IMG/VR virus record: IMGVR_UViG_3300025913_000024
Location: 1-47,477 of that record
Length of the DNA stretch: 47,477 nt
Source of the DNA: a virus
Lineage: Duplodnaviria; Heunggongvirae; Uroviricota; Caudoviricetes
Reading direction: 5' to 3' (one strand)
In this document: positions 28,106-36,293 of the stretch, piece by piece
How positions within the stretch are numbered: the first letter of the stretch is position 1
Layout of the letters: every line of letters starts with the position of its first letter
Position numbers and translations under genes: made by a program
The notes under the pieces: generated by a model
Seen by the model: the letters and a program-made list of their open reading frames with translations, nothing else
The model's database searches: none
Told to the model about the DNA's origin: nothing

Positions 28106-28526
28106 TGACGTCCTGACGAACATTAAGGTTAGCGCACTTGAAGTTCATCAAGTGACCAAGAGCTAAGTGATGGTTCTCTTCTGGTTTTCCAGACTCTGTT
28201 TCGCAGAGAGTGATTAAATTTGGTGCCCACTCTTCAAGAGAAGGAAAACCAAGGTTGATAGCGTAGTCAAACGGAAACACATGGTGGACTTGAACTGCGT
28301 CGGTCTTTCCACAAGCTTCACAAGCTGGATGGTCTTTCAAAAACTTGTTCTTGAAAGCTCCCCAAGTTGAACTCCTCTTTACATTATGAAGAACAACTCC
28401 ATGATCTTCAGATTGAGGTTCCTGAGAAGGAACTGGAGTTTTAACGACAGGCGTTGAAACAGTTGGTTTTGGAGGAGTAGAAACACTTTGTGTTTTTCTT
28501 CCTCTTAAAAAATCTAGAATACCCAA
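27930..28526 (-). CDS. HNH endonuclease with Pro-rich N-terminal extension
   Basis: CEACG...VHHVFP...NLITLCE...NHH; GGAGG 7 nt before the TTG start. Confidence 0.75.
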   Translation of the reverse strand: MGILDFLRGRKTQSVSTPPKPTVSTPVVKTPVPSQEPQSEDHGVVLHNVKRSSTWGAFKNKFLKDHPACEACGKTDAVQVHHVFPFDYAINLGFPSLEEWAPNLITLCETESGKPEENHHLALGHLMNFKCANLNVRQDVITYRGQTLEQIQESSNYQREEKDRLPAFEDLTEQEKTDAIAWIKAHYPDLPEFQKTGS

Positions 28527-28545
28527 AATTGGACCTCCTAAGGTG

Positions 28546-28555
28546 TATACTAACT
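28546..28555 (+). promoter_or_regulatory. Overlapping TATACT and ACTAACT upstream of hsp20
   Basis: TATACTAACT about 95 nt upstream of ATG 28649. Confidence 0.45.
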
Positions 28556-28648
28556 AGTAAGGAAAAAATCAAAAGAAGTTTCGTTGTACTCTTCTTTTGA
28601 AGTCGTGGTCGTTGACCAGGCTAGTTATTCCATACTAGGAGGTTCTAT

Positions 28649-29281
28649 ATGAACCCTACGTTTAACTCTCTGTCTAAGTGGACAGATGATCTTTTTTCAG
28701 CTATTGATACAGTAGCTAATGATTTCAACAACTCTATTGTTGGAAACAACTCTAACAGTGGATATTGGGTAGGAGATTATCCTCCTTCTTTTCCTGTTGA
28801 TCCGTGGCCCACAAAGTGGATCTACGAGCCTTACATCAAGTTCTATCCTCAGATCATTGAGGTCATCACGACTGTGGTGAAGGACCAAGGCTCTCCATGG
28901 AGAGATTCTCCAAACTTCCCTCCTGTCAACATTGATCTAAACCCTGTCACGAAGGAACTTCGTTTCACTTGGGCTCTCGCTGGTGTCCGTAAGGACCATG
29001 ACGTCGAGATTGAGTTTGATTCTGATAAGTTGATCCTTCATATTAAGGCCAAGGAAACTGATACTGAAACTAAGGATTCAGAAGAAGTAACCGGAGAGAT
29101 CAAATGGGCTTCTCTAAAACAAGGAATCAAGACCAAGGTCGTTGGAGACTACTCTTACGATGTGGCTGGTTCCAGATATGATGTAGCCAAGGCTGTTGCT
29201 AAGTGGGATGATGGTCTCTTGACTGTTACTCTTCCTCTTAGAGAAGAGGCTAAGCCCTTCAAGGTTCAGATCCAGAGTTAA
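28649..29281 (+). CDS. Small heat-shock protein (Hsp20/alpha-crystallin domain)
   Basis: NFPPVNI...LAGVRKDHDVEIEF...AKWDDGLLTVTLP; SD AGGAGG. Confidence 0.85.
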   Translation: MNPTFNSLSKWTDDLFSAIDTVANDFNNSIVGNNSNSGYWVGDYPPSFPVDPWPTKWIYEPYIKFYPQIIEVITTVVKDQGSPWRDSPNFPPVNIDLNPVTKELRFTWALAGVRKDHDVEIEFDSDKLILHIKAKETDTETKDSEEVTGEIKWASLKQGIKTKVVGDYSYDVAGSRYDVAKAVAKWDDGLLTVTLPLREEAKPFKVQIQS

Positions 29282-29298
29282 CTAGATCTCACAAAAAG

Positions 29299-29324
29299 AA
29301 AAAGGTCCCGAAAGGGACCTTTTT
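29299..29324. terminator. Bidirectional intrinsic terminator
   Basis: AAAAAGGTCCC-GAAA-GGGACCTTTTT between convergent genes. Confidence 0.9.
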
Positions 29325-29523
29325 TATTCAAAAGTGATCTCGATGTGCCACTTGGCATCATTCTTCTCTACAAAATCGGCTGACCAAGACTTTCCATCAA
29401 AGATTCTATTGATACAGGAGAAAGCCCATCTTAATGGGTCCCACTCACCTTCGTATGTGGTCAGTTCAAAACCGTTCTTCTTGAGATCGCCTAAAGAGAC
29501 TAGAGTTCCAATAAGTTGGGTCT

Positions 29524-30654
29524 CTAGTTCATCGTAGAATTTTTTTTTACCTCTGATGTAGACTCGGTCTTCCTACCATGGTAAGAAGGACCGACCTGAT
29601 CTCGATAAGCTTCGTAGGCTTCTTTCTTTGAAAAACCGTACTTCATCAAGTGTTGGATGATATCGTCAGTTGTTAGGTCTTTGTTAGCCATCATGTGGAT
29701 GGCATGTTTGATACCAAAAGATCTCGCGTCAGACTCGTTCAAGTTCTCTCCTTCTCCGGTATACCAATCTTCGTCCTTTACATCTTTGGCAGAGTCAGAC
29801 TCGGTCAAAGGTTCTTTAGGATTTAGACTCTTGATTCTAACTTGGGTGTAAGGAACTCCAGTCGCCTTAGAGAACTCAGACTTAGCATGTCCAGCTGTGG
29901 AGTTATTGTAAACGATTGGAGTGATGTCTTCTCGGCCAAGAGCTCTTGCTTCGTAAGAACCGACCTTTCCGACTGGTGTCTTAGGAGTGGATCTGCTGAC
30001 AAGAGACTTGTAGGACTTGTCAACAACGTCTAGAGCTGAGAGTCTGATGAAGTCGTCTTCTGTCTTTCCATACTTTGAGGTAAAGATGTCGAAAAGATCT
30101 TCGTCTGAATATCTGTTTGTGATCCAGAAGTAAGCTTTCTCTTGGTCGATTCCAAAGTCGTTGGTAAGATAAAAAGAAGCAAGTCTTGCGATCTTGTCTG
30201 CGATCTCCATGTCTCTGTTCTTTAGGATAGCTTCTTCGATTCTAGGAAGAGGAGATTGTTCTAACCACTCTCCAAGAAGTTGGACAGCAAGCCCTTTGAT
30301 GAACTCTTGGTCTTCTGGGTCTTCTATCTTTTTACCGTCACCGACAGCTTCAACAGCTCCAGTGATGACAGCGGACATGTCGTCTTCATTCTCGATCTTA
30401 TCGGGATCGAGCATACCAAGGAGATTGGTGATCTTTTCTTGAGCTTCTTCACGAAGGTCTTTTCCAATGATCTCGAAGTCTTTGACTTGAGAAAAATCGA
30501 CGAACTGTCCTCTTTCGTTAACGATGACCAATCTGTCATCTTTCTTTCTAAGAAAGCCAACAAACTCCTTTTCAGTAAGAAAAGTTTTGTCAGTGTAAAC
30601 AGCTTCTAACAATTGACCTATCATGAGACGGTGGTTCATAGGGACTCCCTGCAT
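29524..30654 (-). CDS. Putative internal head protein; coding-like sequence continues to about 29324 in other frames
   Basis: Start revised to ATG 30654 (ACTAACT 6 nt upstream); acidic, with repeated (L/I)-x-E-[S/A/E] sites; ends just after an A9 run. Confidence 0.55.
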   Translation of the reverse strand: MQGVPMNHRLMIGQLLEAVYTDKTFLTEKEFVGFLRKKDDRLVIVNERGQFVDFSQVKDFEIIGKDLREEAQEKITNLLGMLDPDKIENEDDMSAVITGAVEAVGDGKKIEDPEDQEFIKGLAVQLLGEWLEQSPLPRIEEAILKNRDMEIADKIARLASFYLTNDFGIDQEKAYFWITNRYSDEDLFDIFTSKYGKTEDDFIRLSALDVVDKSYKSLVSRSTPKTPVGKVGSYEARALGREDITPIVYNNSTAGHAKSEFSKATGVPYTQVRIKSLNPKEPLTESDSAKDVKDEDWYTGEGENLNESDARSFGIKHAIHMMANKDLTTDDIIQHLMKYGFSKKEAYEAYRDQVGPSYHGRKTESTSEVKKNSTMN

Positions 30655-30660
30655 ATGAAT

Positions 30661-30683
30661 AGTTAGTGTCGAAACCACTAATT
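30661..30683. promoter_or_regulatory. Back-to-back divergent ACTAAYT motifs
   Basis: Minus ACTAACT (30661-30667) 6 nt from ATG 30654; plus ACTAATT (30677-30683) 4 nt from ATG 30688. Confidence 0.7.
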
Positions 30684-30687
30684 TCTC

Positions 30688-31620
30688 ATGGCTGAACAAC
30701 AAGGCTCTATCAGATTCAACGCGACTTCTCTTCTATGGGAAGCTTCCTCAAATACGGCAGGAGGCGATGGTTCATTCGTCAACATCTCATTGTTTGGCCA
30801 CCAACACACATCAGCAGACATAACTGATGCTACCAACGCCCCTACTCCAGAAGTCATAGCCGAGAGAGACAGTTTGGGTGGTATCTCTTTTTCCTATATC
30901 AACATAGGAGCAACAGCAGAGAACCTTTCTACGGCTTCCATCGGTCCAAATAGGTTAACGTTAGGACCTCAAGACCCTTCCATGATCACCCAAAACCAAC
31001 AGGGACTCTCCTTGAGAGTGGGTGGAACAACGCCTCCCCTAAAGACCTTGTTGAACGATGGTTCTAACATCACTCAAGTCTTGAACGCCACAAGAGGAAC
31101 CACTGTTGTTGTTGGTACCTCGACTTATAACCCTCAGTACGTAGTCACAGGGACAGCAGCAATGATTGAGTTTGGCCCTACTCTTTGGAGATTCTCCACA
31201 GCACCTTCTGGAACTGCAGGAAACCCAATCACTTGGACCTCTCAGATGAGTTTTGAGTCTGGTGGCTTTAACATTGGACCGGTTGGTTCTCCTACCTTCG
31301 CAGTAGCCGTAGGTGGAGATGCAGTCTTTGCTAACAACGTCACCGCTGTTGCATTCAAGACAGTTTCTAAGATGTCTTTGAAGGAGAACATCAAGAAATT
31401 TGAAGAGTCTGCTCTATCTGTTATCTCAGATCTTAAGATCGTCTCCTTCAATTACAAAAAAGACAAGAAGAAGGTTCCAAGAGTCGGTATCATCGCTGAC
31501 TGGACTGATGATACTAGAATCTCAGGCCCTAAGAAAGACTCTTTTGACCTTGCCAACACTGTTGGTCTTCTTCTCAAAGCAGTTCAAGAACTTAATGAAA
31601 AGATCGAGACAAGGAGATAA
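30688..31620 (+). CDS. Tail fibre/spike protein with C-terminal intramolecular chaperone (Peptidase S74-like)
   Basis: G/T/S-rich body; TVSKMSLKENI...IVSFNYK...GIIAD...VGLLLKAVQELNEKI. Confidence 0.8.
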   Translation: MAEQQGSIRFNATSLLWEASSNTAGGDGSFVNISLFGHQHTSADITDATNAPTPEVIAERDSLGGISFSYINIGATAENLSTASIGPNRLTLGPQDPSMITQNQQGLSLRVGGTTPPLKTLLNDGSNITQVLNATRGTTVVVGTSTYNPQYVVTGTAAMIEFGPTLWRFSTAPSGTAGNPITWTSQMSFESGGFNIGPVGSPTFAVAVGGDAVFANNVTAVAFKTVSKMSLKENIKKFEESALSVISDLKIVSFNYKKDKKKVPRVGIIADWTDDTRISGPKKDSFDLANTVGLLLKAVQELNEKIETRR

Positions 31621-31623
31621 ATT

Positions 31624-31893
31624 ATGTCAGATTCCGATAATACTACACCACAGCAGCCTACTAAAGCTCATGAGGTCTCACCTGGAGTGATCTCCATGAT
31701 GAGAGTTCAGGTTCGTAAAGCTGTGAACGTAGGTATTTTTCTATCAGTTGCAGGAGTAGCTTTGGCAGGAGCCTTAGCTATCATCGGTTCTCGTTTTGAA
31801 CTTGTTCCTGTGGCCTTAGCTTTGATCGCAGGAGGACCAGCTCTTATATCAACCGCTCTTGCATGGAAAGCATGGCAAGCTCAGGCTGAGTAA
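31624..31893 (+). CDS. Two-TM membrane protein (holin candidate)
   Basis: 89 aa with two hydrophobic segments; SD AAGGAG. Confidence 0.45.
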   Translation: MSDSDNTTPQQPTKAHEVSPGVISMMRVQVRKAVNVGIFLSVAGVALAGALAIIGSRFELVPVALALIAGGPALISTALAWKAWQAQAE

Positions 31894-31905
31894 GAAAGGA
31901 ACTTT

Positions 31906-32130
31906 ATGGGTGAATGGATGATTCAGTCGGATTCTGGTGAGTTCGACGAAGCTTTTATAGACGCGGTGAGAGACATAGGAAGCATCGACGAGTTATACTC
32001 TATGACAGATGGAGACATCGATGATGCTGCAGAAACCATAGTTGGTACTGCTCATTTCCTCAGCAACATCCCAACTGATAGGTCTGTTGTAGAACAGGCC
32101 ATCGATTTTCTTCTAAACAATGGTTTTTAA
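31906..32130 (+). CDS. Small acidic hypothetical protein
   Basis: 74 aa, 17 D/E versus 2 R and no K; SD AAGGA. Confidence 0.65.
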   Translation: MGEWMIQSDSGEFDEAFIDAVRDIGSIDELYSMTDGDIDDAAETIVGTAHFLSNIPTDRSVVEQAIDFLLNNGF

Positions 32131-32143
32131 CGGAGAATCTTTA

Positions 32144-32163
32144 TGAGATATTATCTATAGATA
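32144..32163 (+). promoter_or_regulatory. TGAGATATT-type motif overlapping a 12-bp palindrome
   Basis: TTATGAGATATT shared with 46842; TATCTATAGATA palindrome at 32152-32163; upstream of the HNH gene. Confidence 0.4.
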
Positions 32164-32186
32164 CGTAAACATGACGGAGGTAGGAC

Positions 32187-32813
32187 ATGACAGACATTCT
32201 CAACACCCCTGTGCTTGTCTTGAACAAGCACTACGTTCCTATTGATACCACCACTGTCAAGGATGCCTTCGTTAAGCTCTGGGGCGAGATCGCCGAGGCC
32301 GTCATTGTTACGGAGCACGGAGCTTACGAGAGCTACGACTTCAAGTCTTGGGCTGATTTGACAGCTTACAGGGAGATGTTCGACGAGGCTGAGTTCATCT
32401 CAACCCCTTCGATCGAGTTGATGATCCCCAGGATCATTCGTACGATTCACTACGATCGTATGTCCCAGAAGAAACTTCAGCCTTCTCGTAGGAACATCTA
32501 CGAGCGAGACGGATACACTTGCCAGTACTGTGGAAAGAGGAAGCCGACCAAGGAACTCAACTTGGACCACGTTCTTCCTCAGGCTCAGGGTGGAAAGAGC
32601 ACTTGGACCAACTTGGTCTGTGCTTGTATCAAGTGTAACTCCAGGAAGGACTGCAGAACTCCTGCTGAAGCTCACATGCCTTTGCTTCGTCAGCCCTTCA
32701 TGCCTCACGTTTCTTTCAGGATCGGGGTTCCCCTTACTGCAAGAAAGCACTACAAGTCCTGGGACCACTTCATCAGTACGATGTACTGGGAGACTCCTCT
32801 CAAAGAGGATTAG
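32187..32813 (+). CDS. HNH endonuclease (McrA/HNH_5-like)
   Basis: VLVLNK.Y.PI, RRNIYERDGYTCQYCG, LDHVLPQAQGGKSTWTNLVCACIKCN; SD GGAGG. Confidence 0.9.
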   Translation: MTDILNTPVLVLNKHYVPIDTTTVKDAFVKLWGEIAEAVIVTEHGAYESYDFKSWADLTAYREMFDEAEFISTPSIELMIPRIIRTIHYDRMSQKKLQPSRRNIYERDGYTCQYCGKRKPTKELNLDHVLPQAQGGKSTWTNLVCACIKCNSRKDCRTPAEAHMPLLRQPFMPHVSFRIGVPLTARKHYKSWDHFISTMYWETPLKED

Positions 32814-32837
32814 GTTTCAGATAAGGAAGGTCCATAA

Positions 32838-33347
32838 ATGGGATCGATGTCGGACAGCCATCTCCAGTTTCTTCTTCACGAAGAGCTGGAGACCTCACCC
32901 GGCCACATGTTGATCGTGATTCGTGGTCTCCCTGGTTCAGGGAAGTCCACTCTGGCTAAGAAGCTGAAGAGCTACTTCGACGGAGCCGCTGTGAGTGGTG
33001 AAGATGCCTTCCACAAGGCCGAACACTTTGAAGCTGACATGTTCTTCACCAAGCCTGACGGTTCGTACAACTGGACGCCTCAGGCCGTGGGCTACGCTCA
33101 CAAATGGTGTCAAGAATCCGTGTCCAAGGCTCTTGAAGATCATCAGGTCGTGATCGTGAGCAACACCTTCACTCAGATGAAGGAAATCAATCCTTACTTG
33201 GAGATCGCGAGCAAAGCTTCGGCTAAGGTCGTAGTTCTGTCTAAGGACTTGAACGTCAACTACGGTAACGTTCATGGAGTTCCTTCTGAGACCCTGACGA
33301 AGATGAAAGAGCGTTGGGTTCCGTTCAAAGGGGAGATCATCCTCTAA
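32838..33347 (+). CDS. P-loop polynucleotide-kinase-like protein (AAA_33/N4BP2-like)
   Basis: LIVIRGLPGSGKSTLA, FEADMFF, VIVSNTF and HGVP..TL.KM..RW motifs. Confidence 0.8.
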   Translation: MGSMSDSHLQFLLHEELETSPGHMLIVIRGLPGSGKSTLAKKLKSYFDGAAVSGEDAFHKAEHFEADMFFTKPDGSYNWTPQAVGYAHKWCQESVSKALEDHQVVIVSNTFTQMKEINPYLEIASKASAKVVVLSKDLNVNYGNVHGVPSETLTKMKERWVPFKGEIIL

Positions 33348-33369
33348 ACAAAGTTTTCTTTGTTACCAT

Positions 33370-33393
33370 AAAGGTCGTCGAAAGACGACCTTT
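33370..33393 (+). terminator. Intrinsic terminator
   Basis: AAAGGTCGTC-GAAA-GACGACCTTT followed by a T-tract. Confidence 0.88.
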
Positions 33394-33411
33394 TTCTTTT
33401 ATATTACCTAT

Positions 33412-34533
33412 ATGCAAAATTGGACAATTTCAAAACGACCCACAAAACTCTCAGAGCTTTGGGGTCTCGAAGGTCTGAAGACTTATCTATCAGACAATAA
33501 ATTTCCAAAAGCCCTACTGTTCCGTGGACAGTTTGGGTCAGGAAAAACTACCGTAGCAAAGATCATCGCTTCAATGTTGGTCTGTCAAAACCCTGGTGAT
33601 CATGGAGATCCTTGTTGTGAGTGTGCCTCGTGTAAGGCAGTTATCAACGAGACTTGGGATCGTGACGTTCAGATGATCGACGGAGGAAACTCCGGAAAGT
33701 CTGATGTTCAAGATAGGATCTCAGAGTTCGTAGCAACTGGACCTTTCTATGATCGAAACAAGGTCATGATCATTGAAGAGATTCAAGAGCTATCAGACGC
33801 AGCAAGGAACTCTTTGCTCAAGTACCTAGAAGCTCCAAGAGAGAAGATCTACTTCATCCTCTTGTCCATGGAACTCTCTAAGAGTTCAGGCTTCAACTCA
33901 AGAACAGTTCCTTTCAACTTTAACCCTGCTCCTGTCAAAGACATCATGCTCTACCTTAAGACCATGATGGAATCAGAAGGTCTTTGGAACGACGAGAACA
34001 TTCCAAAAGAGTTCAAGATCAAAGGTCTTGCTACCATCGCCCAGACTTCGTCTGGTAGTTATCGACAGGCTCTTCAGACTCTTGAGCAAGCTCTTAAGGG
34101 AAAGTTCTACACACCTGAGTCCATCAGAGACAACATGGGATTGGTGGACGATGAAGAGGCTGTCGAGGTTCTTCTTCAGTTGATGGATCTTGATGTTGAG
34201 GTCTTCACCAAGATCTACAAGAACAAGAACCTCTTCCAGTTCTTTGGAATCGCTATCAGAATTCTTGGAGATGCCAAGGTCTATAAGACTCTTGACTTCC
34301 TCCCATACGAGGACAACACTCCTTTTGCTGAGAACACCAAGAGAGTTGCTGGACACAAAAACCTAAATGCTTTGGTCAAGACCTTTATGGATCTTGAACC
34401 TCTTTCAAAGCCCTATCTCAGAGATGCCGAGTTCATTCTCCATCTTGTGAAGTTCTTTGAAGATAACCAAGGACCTTCTGGAGTTACAAGAATCCAAGAA
34501 CCTGTGGTTAGAACAAGGGCGGTAAAGCAGTAA
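33412..34533 (+). CDS. dnaX: DnaX (gamma/tau)-like clamp loader ATPase
   Basis: KRPTKLSELWG, GQFGSGKTT, zinc-site cysteines (VCQNP...PCCECASC), IIEEIQEL and SRT motifs. Confidence 0.85.
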   Translation: MQNWTISKRPTKLSELWGLEGLKTYLSDNKFPKALLFRGQFGSGKTTVAKIIASMLVCQNPGDHGDPCCECASCKAVINETWDRDVQMIDGGNSGKSDVQDRISEFVATGPFYDRNKVMIIEEIQELSDAARNSLLKYLEAPREKIYFILLSMELSKSSGFNSRTVPFNFNPAPVKDIMLYLKTMMESEGLWNDENIPKEFKIKGLATIAQTSSGSYRQALQTLEQALKGKFYTPESIRDNMGLVDDEEAVEVLLQLMDLDVEVFTKIYKNKNLFQFFGIAIRILGDAKVYKTLDFLPYEDNTPFAENTKRVAGHKNLNALVKTFMDLEPLSKPYLRDAEFILHLVKFFEDNQGPSGVTRIQEPVVRTRAVKQ

Positions 34534-34841
34534 TGAAGACCACAGTCAAGGCTCTTGAGAAAGAACACCAAGAATCTGAAGAGATGGATCAATCGTTCGA
34601 GAAGAATCCGGCCAAGAGAGCCATTCAAGAACTCTTCTCAGGTCCATTTCATGGAAATGCTTACAAACGATACTCTTTGGCACAGATCAAGGACAGAGTT
34701 GTAGAAGCTCTAGACAAGGCCATTGAGGATCCAAAGATCATGATCTACAAGGCCACAGCAACCCGTCTTCTTGCTAAAGTCAAGAAGATCAAAGACTCCA
34801 ATGAGCTCCTACTCGTATTGAACGAGTATCTGTTTACCTAA
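34533..34841 (+). CDS. Hypothetical protein
   Basis: 102-aa helical ORF coupled to the dnaX stop. Confidence 0.65.
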   Translation: MKTTVKALEKEHQESEEMDQSFEKNPAKRAIQELFSGPFHGNAYKRYSLAQIKDRVVEALDKAIEDPKIMIYKATATRLLAKVKKIKDSNELLLVLNEYLFT

Positions 34842-34842
34842 A

Positions 34843-35700
34843 ATGTCAGAAAAAATAACCAAATATTCCTCGTCCAGGTTGGGAACCTTTGAATCCTGCA
34901 AGTTGAAGTATGATCTTTCATACAATCAAGGTTTGTACGCAGATGATTCCCAGCAAGCTTTAGTCACCAAAAAAGGAACAGCGTTCCACGATTTCGCAGA
35001 ACGTTACACACCAGATTGGACCGAAGAGAAGATTGAAGCAGAGAGACTTGCCATCGAGACAAAGTTCTCTCTTCCTCCAGAGTTCTCTCTTAAAAACCCA
35101 GTCAAGAGGTTCATCGAGTTCTACAATCTTGTGATCCAACCAGTCATCGATTCGGGTGGAAAGTTCCACAGAGAGATCGCATTTGACTTCAGCTTGGATG
35201 GAAAAAGTTTCACAGGTCGATTGGACATCTTGCTTGAGAAAGCAGATGGAACCTTTGTGATCCTTGACCACAAGACCAAGAAATCTACTTCTACCTCGTA
35301 CTACGCAGACCAGATGCTTCTTTACGTCTGGGCTCTTCATAAGCAATTTGGGATCCCAGAGAACGAACTCGCTAGACGAGTCTCTATCTCGATCTTCTTC
35401 CCCTTTGCAAACCCTGATGAACCTGAGGTTTCAAAGTTGATCAAGGCCGTGAAGTTCACGGATGTTCAACTTAATCAAACCAGAGAAAAGAAGAAAGAGT
35501 TGATCCAGATCATTGAATCTGGAGAATGGGAACCAGAACCTACCATCTCTAAGATCTGTGAGTTCTGTTCCTTTGCAGGTATGAAGAAGTACTGCAAACT
35601 ATCCGCCGACGTAGGAATTGTCCCTACTAGGGGAATCATCATAAAGACAAGAGAGTGGGCTCTAAATGTTGAGAAGACTATACCTGTTCGACGTAGATGA
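34843..35700 (+). CDS. PD-(D/E)XK exonuclease, RecB/AddB/Cas4-like with four-Cys (Fe-S) signature
   Basis: S.SRLGTFESC, KGTAFH, GRLDIL, ILDHKT, QMLLY and C-terminal CEFC...YC. Confidence 0.82.
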   Translation: MSEKITKYSSSRLGTFESCKLKYDLSYNQGLYADDSQQALVTKKGTAFHDFAERYTPDWTEEKIEAERLAIETKFSLPPEFSLKNPVKRFIEFYNLVIQPVIDSGGKFHREIAFDFSLDGKSFTGRLDILLEKADGTFVILDHKTKKSTSTSYYADQMLLYVWALHKQFGIPENELARRVSISIFFPFANPDEPEVSKLIKAVKFTDVQLNQTREKKKELIQIIESGEWEPEPTISKICEFCSFAGMKKYCKLSADVGIVPTRGIIIKTREWALNVEKTIPVRRR

Positions 35701-36241
35701 TACTTTAGTCATCTCTAAATCTCAAGTTCTTGTTAAAGTCAAGGGAGAAACCTTAAGACTTCCAACAACCAGATGGAGACATTTCAAAGCAGAGAACCCA
35801 GATGCTGAGGTCTCTTATGAAGAGTTCATGGGTGTAGAGTCTTTGACAGAAGGTGAGTTCGGTCCTGCTTTTTCTCTCTTTACCTATTGGTGTTCAAGAA
35901 AGTACGAAGATATTGATGTCGGGATCTTGACAAATAGGTCTACAGAACCTGGAGTCATCTTCCAAGGTCTTACTGAGTTGTGTCAAAAGTTTAATGATTC
36001 TGAATGTCATGTCAATCCAAACTTGATCTTTGCAACCAATAGTGCTTTCTACTATCCTCTGTTAAAGCACATGTCTCCATCTGAACAAAAGGCAGAGATC
36101 GTAGAAGCCATGATTCCTGAATATTCTACCATTTTTTTCATTGATGATGACCATGCTAACTTGGCTGCAGTTGGAAAGCTTCATCCTAAGATCATCACGG
36201 TTGATCCTCATAGGTATGCCAAAGATTACTTGGCGTCTTGA
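35666..36241 (+). CDS. HAD-superfamily phosphatase
   Basis: FDVDDTL (motif I), ILTNR, K and FFIDDD (motif IV). Confidence 0.75.
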   Translation: MLRRLYLFDVDDTLVISKSQVLVKVKGETLRLPTTRWRHFKAENPDAEVSYEEFMGVESLTEGEFGPAFSLFTYWCSRKYEDIDVGILTNRSTEPGVIFQGLTELCQKFNDSECHVNPNLIFATNSAFYYPLLKHMSPSEQKAEIVEAMIPEYSTIFFIDDDHANLAAVGKLHPKIITVDPHRYAKDYLAS

Positions 36242-36261
36242 GACGTAATCGTGGATTTTCC

Positions 36262-36268
36262 ACTAACT
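36262..36268 (+). promoter_or_regulatory. ACTAACT candidate late promoter
   Basis: Intergenic, 25 nt upstream of ATG 36294. Confidence 0.6.
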
Positions 36269-36269
36269 A

Positions 36270-36286
36270 TCCTATCAAAGATAGGA
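36270..36286 (+). promoter_or_regulatory. SD-occluding hairpin
   Basis: TCCTATC-AAA-GATAGGA pairs most of the AGGAG SD of 36294; ACTAACT lies at 36262-36268. Confidence 0.6.
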
Positions 36287-36293
36287 GATCTTC

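Noticed and set aside
28569-28600. CIRCE/HrcA operator upstream of hsp20
   Set aside because: The inverted repeat does not match TTAGCACTC-N9-GAGTGCTAA.
29334-29537. 67-aa plus-strand ORF
   Set aside because: Lies beyond the terminator; the minus strand carries the coding-like signal.
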